Origin: Selaginella moellendorffii
Taxonomy: Eukaryota > Plantae > Lycopodiophyta
NCBI RefSeq assembly: GCF_000143415.4
Contig: NW_003314286.1
Span: 1,962,082-2,002,060, forward strand
Direction of reading: 5' to 3'
DNA length: 39,979 nt
In this document: in pieces, positions 35,179 to 39,979 of the stretch
How the letters are laid out: the number at the start of each line of letters is the position of its first letter
Numbering within the stretch: the stretch's first letter is position 1
Made by a program: the position numbers and the translations under genes
The notes under the pieces: model-generated
The model's database searches: none
The model's input: the letters and a program-made list of their open reading frames with translations, nothing else
What the model was told of the DNA's origin: nothing

Positions 35179-36275
35179 TGTAAGTAACTAAATTTTCCAT
35201 TCTACTTTAGTCATTTAACCACATCTTCGACCACTTGGAGGAGTCTCACTCACAACTTCTGTAAGTCCTATTTTGGACTTAGGGAATTACTAGCCTCAAG
35301 AATGGCATCCATGCCACTCAACTATTGTATTTGGCCCAAATGCTCCACGTGTCTAATCCCATAACCAACACCCCAAGGTACAACCGACATACTAGCTAGT
35401 TACGCTAAGGCCATGCCCATTCACCTTAGTCACACTAGTGGTCCAACACCACCTGTATCACAGTCCCGTTTCTCAAAGACTAGGTCATCTGTCCATGAGT
35501 GACCATCCTAGGTCCACTCCTTACCATCCTTAAAATGCCTGCAAACATGGGGAACAGTCTTCCCCAATATCCCTTTTACAGTCCCCACCAAGTCCCTTTT
35601 CTATCCATGGCCGTGTTCGCCAACACTGCGAGTAGGATAAAGCCCACATGCCCGACCACTAAGTCCCACTGTCCTTTGGGACTTCCTCACCACATAACCG
35701 TATCATTGGTCACTACATCAAAGGACCACTCCTCTTCTTTTCCATAGTCTGGGACTTTGGGACAACATTTTGGAACACCATGGCCTTACGCAAGCCTCAT
35801 GGGTGAATACTCTCCCCACCTTCTGCCTTTGGGTGCTCTAGCCATAGGCTTAGAGCAAGGTTCCGTTAAGCCACACTAGGTATCCAAGTAAGTAGTGCCA
35901 CCCACACTTGGATTGGGAGCATCGGCCATTCAATCTCCAGGGGAACTAGAGTCGACTCTTGAACACTTCACCAAACTACCCTGCTTGTTGGTCTGTATTC
36001 ACTCTTGCCTTGGACTTCCCAGTGGTTATCCTATACCCAACCCTTGGGTACGGCATTCCTGGGCCAAACTAGCCTTTCCTGGCCAAATTGGCTCCACTAG
36101 AGTCCTCCCCCTATTATACTTTTGGAGCTCATTAAACCCCCTAGGGTCTAGGAGACAAACGCTTTGGGCTTTCACCCTTGGACTCGAATTCGGACTCGAA
36201 CTTAGACTAGGACTCGGACTCGGACTTAGACTCGAACTCGGACTTGGACTTGGCCTCGACCTCGGTCCTGGTCCT

Positions 36276-36306
<31 letters not shown>
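35179..36306 (-). repeat. Truncated B/C-family LTR inserted into the Cassandra LTR
   Basis: Begins TGTAAGTAACTAAATTTTCCATTCTAC (U5 end, as at 10295 and 15813) and breaks off in the hexamer array; no second TSD. Confidence 0.88.
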
Positions 36307-36435
36307 TCAAGACCCCCAACAAGATCAAGACTGGAAAATGCAGAAGACAAAGAAAAAAGCTAATGGAAACGAAGAAGAGGCTTTCGACTAGTGTTGATTC
36401 AGATTGTGGAGAAATGGAATAAGGCTAACCTATAT

Positions 36436-39400
36436 AAGCTCTATTTCGTTAAAGTGGGAATTGTCATTATCCCACTTGTAAAATAAGGTTTCCAAACCTT
36501 TATATAGTATATAAATATAACAAAATTCAACTGCATTGAGGCACATGCCATTTTATTTTAAACAAGGAAATGTCTACTCAATCACTTCTCTTCCCCCTGC
36601 CACTGCTTCACCTCTCTCTTCTCCTTGTCATCGTCGTCCAATTTCTTTCCATCCTTTTAATATTGGCTCAGTTGCTCCGAGTCTAGGTGGAGCCCAAGTC
36701 CCCATTCAATCTTTACTTTCCCATTATTAATAAAACAACTTCGTAGACTTCCAATAACATGCTGTAACACTTCTAGTATAATGCAAATCCTCTCAAAGAA
36801 TTGTCTTTTAATATTAATACAATGGCATGGAACCCCATGCCATAATAAGTTACATTTTTAAATAAATACATGCCATCTCAGACTGTTATTTTTTGCCTCC
36901 AACGCCTATACAATAATCTTGGAATTTCATCACTCTCCACACTATCAGGATTTAAACCCAATAGTAATGCCATCTCTTCTCTAATACGTCCACACTCATG
37001 TTCAGTGGTCGAAAAACCCATCCGGTTGAGCAGATTATGGAGATGCGGATAGTGCTTGGCTAGACAATATACATGCCATAAATGATGACTGGTGTCTGTC
37101 CGATCAAATGGCTTCTGATATACCGTTCCATCTGCCATTTGGTTGATTTCTGCAACCACCTCCTGGACTGGCCGGTTCTCTATCACCATCGCTCCAAGCC
37201 GTTTTGCAAGGTCCCCCAGAACATACGGTTTCTTCTCCCTAGTTTCCATACTGCAAGAGATGGGGTGCACTGCATATGTGTGCGTGTTCGCTGCAGTTTT
37301 AATCGGCGAGTCATCGATGATGAGGATTTCACTTGAGCTAGCAGTCCGGTTCATCACTACAGCCTCTGGCTTGACGAAGATGGGCTTGCTACCCCTCACA
37401 TGGACCATAGTCAAGCAATCCTCCTGCGTTAGGAGAAAGTCAAATGGTAATATTACTCGCGTCTGATCGTGCATCATCTGTAGCAACGTTAATGCATTGT
37501 GGCGCATCATGGATGTCCAAACTCCCAATTGCAAATTGAACCCGGCCCTCTGTTTTAAGTGTCGCATGGTCATTATTAGATCCCGCAGTTTCTCCCGTGT
37601 GATTAATGTGAATCTGTCTCTTTTGACCAACTTGCGACCGCAGGCTTTGGAGGGTGCAATGACATTCGAGGACGAGCCATGCTCATGGGAGAAAAGGACA
37701 CCGTTCAGATCAAAAACGATACAGTACCTTCACCGTGACTCTGAAATGAAATGCGTCAGCATAAAAAATGGTACAAGTCAATTTTACCATCTACAATATT
37801 AGCGAATGTTGCTCCCGATGGTCGTTGAGAGGGTTTTGGTTGAGGAAACATGAAGGGCGGAAATACTCTCCTCTGCAATGTGGGGTCAATCGCATCCGAT
37901 GGCGTGTGGGCACATGCCATTTCAGCTGTAGACTCTGGTACAACTGGCTCAACAGTGGCATGGGGTGGTTCCGATGGCGTGTGATCACACGCCATTTCAG
38001 CTGGTGCCTCCGTTGGCAAAGTGGACATGACCGAACAGGCAGCAGGGGCGGTGTAGGGAGGTTCCAACGGCGCGTAGTCAGACGATTGGGCACACGTTGA
38101 GTCCGTTGGAAATGAGGATACGACTGGCTCGGCGGCTGGGGCGGCCTCATGTGGGTCCAATGGCGCCTGGTCACCGTTAGTTGGATACGTGGACAAGATT
38201 GACTCAGTGGTATGGGCAGCATCAAGTGGAGCGTGGTCAGCTTGCTTGGCGTTGATATGGATAGTAGCCTCCACCAGCTCTGATGACTCTTGCAGCCAAG
38301 TAGAGTCCACTGGCGGATCCATATGCATGTCCAAATATCTCCCTTCGATTGAGATGGTATCCTCCCGTGCTACTAAAAACAAACTCATTAGCACATTGAA
38401 TCGACTATACTGTATTTACCATCAACTGCTATTGAGGAACTAGGACCGATATCACTTGAGCGCACTGCTGATTCTGAAGGATTGGACATACGTTTCGACC
38501 CTTGCTTGGCACTATCCTTCCTCGACACTAAAGGCTAGAGTTTGTAAATTCAACTGAATAATCTCTACTTACCATTTGCTCTGCGACCTACATGGACAAT
38601 GTTAGAAATGGTAAAAGGTTAGGAATGGATGTATTATTATTTACCTGATGGTTTGTCTTGTATGACCTTCCTCCGCCGCTCTTTGGCCACCTCAGGCTGG
38701 CCATCGTCGTCATTATCGTCGTCGTCGTTATTGTGATCGTCACCATTGTGAGGACCATCCAAGTCCTCTTCGTCCTCCTCTTCTTCGTCCTCCTCTTCTT
38801 TGTCCTCCTCTTCGTCCTTCTGCTCTTCCTGCTCATTATCTTTCTCTGGCTCCTCATCCCCCTCCTGCATTTCTTCCATAGGCTGCTCAGGCTGGATGGC
38901 TTGTTCTTCCAGGACCATCTTGGGAAAATCATCTGGCCGAGTCTCCATCTCAAAATACAAGACATCCATAGCCTGTTTTAGTGCGTGACCTAAGACCGTA
39001 TCCTCACCCGACTGTCTTAACATGGTTTCTGCACGTTCTTGCACCCTTCGAAGACGACGAGATGAGAAAAACGTGGCCCTGCCTTGAAAAGCTTCCCTCA
39101 TCCATTGTACCTCTCCATTGAGATTGGGGAAGGGGAGTCCGCCATAGGAATCTGAGTCATGAGGTGGTGACTGCCTGCTTTCACTCAGCCCTTGATCTGC
39201 AATGAATGGCATGAGCACACACGCCATAACCGCGAGGCATTACCTATCATCTTTTCGTTGCCCTTCTTCCTTTTCGAATCAAACGCCTCTGATCTCGACG
39301 ACTGTCCAACGTGCTTTCGCTTTTTATGACCACTGTCAGTTTGAGCTTGGCTGGTGCTTGCCTGTTTTGCCTTTGAAGAAGTTTCTCCTGCAAGGAATGG

Positions 39401-39979
39401 CATGAGACCACACGCCATTGCAAATATAATTTGTACCTCCTTTTTTCCTATTGCTTTTCTGTTTGTCCTTCTTCGATGCGCCACCAGTGCGCTTTTCAGT
39501 CCTCGTGTCTGAATATTCACAACGATCTATAATCAAAATGGCGTGAGGCCTCACGTGACCTTACCTTGTGCAGGTTGTGAGCTCGGCCCAACATGGGTAT
39601 CTTCAACAGTAGCTGTTAATGCCGTTTCAGCATCTGGGGGTGGCCACGCTCCTGCATACAGAGCTTGTGAGATAACATTTAAACTTAAAGTGCGTACTCA
39701 CCAGGTTCGCAAAGAAGATACTATTTTTCTTTGGCAACTGTAATTATATGCTCCATTGAAGTCACCTCTTCAATGGAGTTTGTCACCGCAACACACGGGA
39801 CACCCTTGAGTAGTGCGGCTCGAAAGAATAGTCCGCCGCAGTTGTACTCGACAACGCATTTGCCCTTGGAGTCGGAAGCAGGTGACCCACCCGCTATTGC
39901 ATTGAAGACCCAGCTGAGCATTTCCCATGCTGCACCTGGAGCTTTCTTTGGATTCGAAAGCTCCATAGCCGTCTTCAGT
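36436..39979. mobile_element. One arm of a large TIR DNA transposon related to the MITE (other end outside the window; superfamily unresolved)
   Basis: 36436-36477 AAGCTCTATTTCGTTAAAGTGGGAATTGTCATTATCCCACTT matches the reverse complement of the MITE right end, including subterminal sequence. A palindromic motif shared with the MITE recurs throughout. Confidence 0.65.
36878..39979 (-). pseudogene. Multi-exon gene (5' end outside window) with acidic and low-complexity linker and a C-terminal FCP1/NIF-type HAD phosphatase-like domain; two in-frame stops
   Basis: Eight GT-AG introns (37741-37787, 38373-38419, 38528-38572, 38588-38644, 39197-39243, 39388-39436, 39527-39564, 39652-39701) join the ORFs in one frame. 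Motifs CIVFDLNGVL, LGVWTSMM and ILIIDDSPIK...N...HP. Stops at 37730-37732 (TGA) and 39721-39723 (TAG). Confidence 0.8.

Noticed and set aside
38658-38981. Hydrophobic membrane-protein-like ORF on the plus strand
   Set aside because: Antisense shadow of the Glu/Asp-rich exon on the minus strand.

Overview
Eukaryotic, land-plant-type heterochromatic DNA made almost entirely of nested transposons. Plant initiator-Met primer-binding sites (PBS), a plant-type 5S rRNA segment and 38-57 nt GT-AG introns suggest a short-intron plant such as a Selaginella-like lycophyte (inference). The nesting was reconstructed from target-site duplications (TSDs). An old minus-strand Ty3/Gypsy chromovirus copy (Z; 1-301, 7835-8577, 22268-23264) hosts a non-coding LTR element E (302-7834, TSD ACTTA, with a 288-bp MITE in its 3' LTR) and a full-length chromovirus A (8578-22267, TSD GTCAA). 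The protease of A is split by a non-autonomous LARD-like element B (10295-17514, minus, TSD GTAGC). A truncated B-family copy D hosts a young copy C (23595-31264, TSD ATAAA), a solo LTR (32705-34528, TSD TAGGG) and a Cassandra-like TRIM (34776-35178) that is itself interrupted by another LTR. The right end is one arm of a TIR DNA transposon related to the MITE, carrying a gene with 8 visible introns and an FCP1/NIF-type HAD domain. Highlights: (1) two host-type spliceosomal introns inside the integrase, present in both A and Z, whose removal restores exact D(35)E spacing and the GPY/F motif; (2) element A has one TSD but two unrelated LTRs, the 5' one being a 5S-rRNA-bearing Cassandra LTR joined through a stuttered PBS, a candidate physical link between Cassandra and its autonomous helper; (3) a covarying RNA structure cassette with tRNA T-arm mimics shared by autonomous and non-autonomous families; (4) a 22-bp palindrome ATGGCRTG-N6-CAYGCCAT dispersed through the DNA transposon's introns, exons and MITE. 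All alignments were done by eye; no searches were run.
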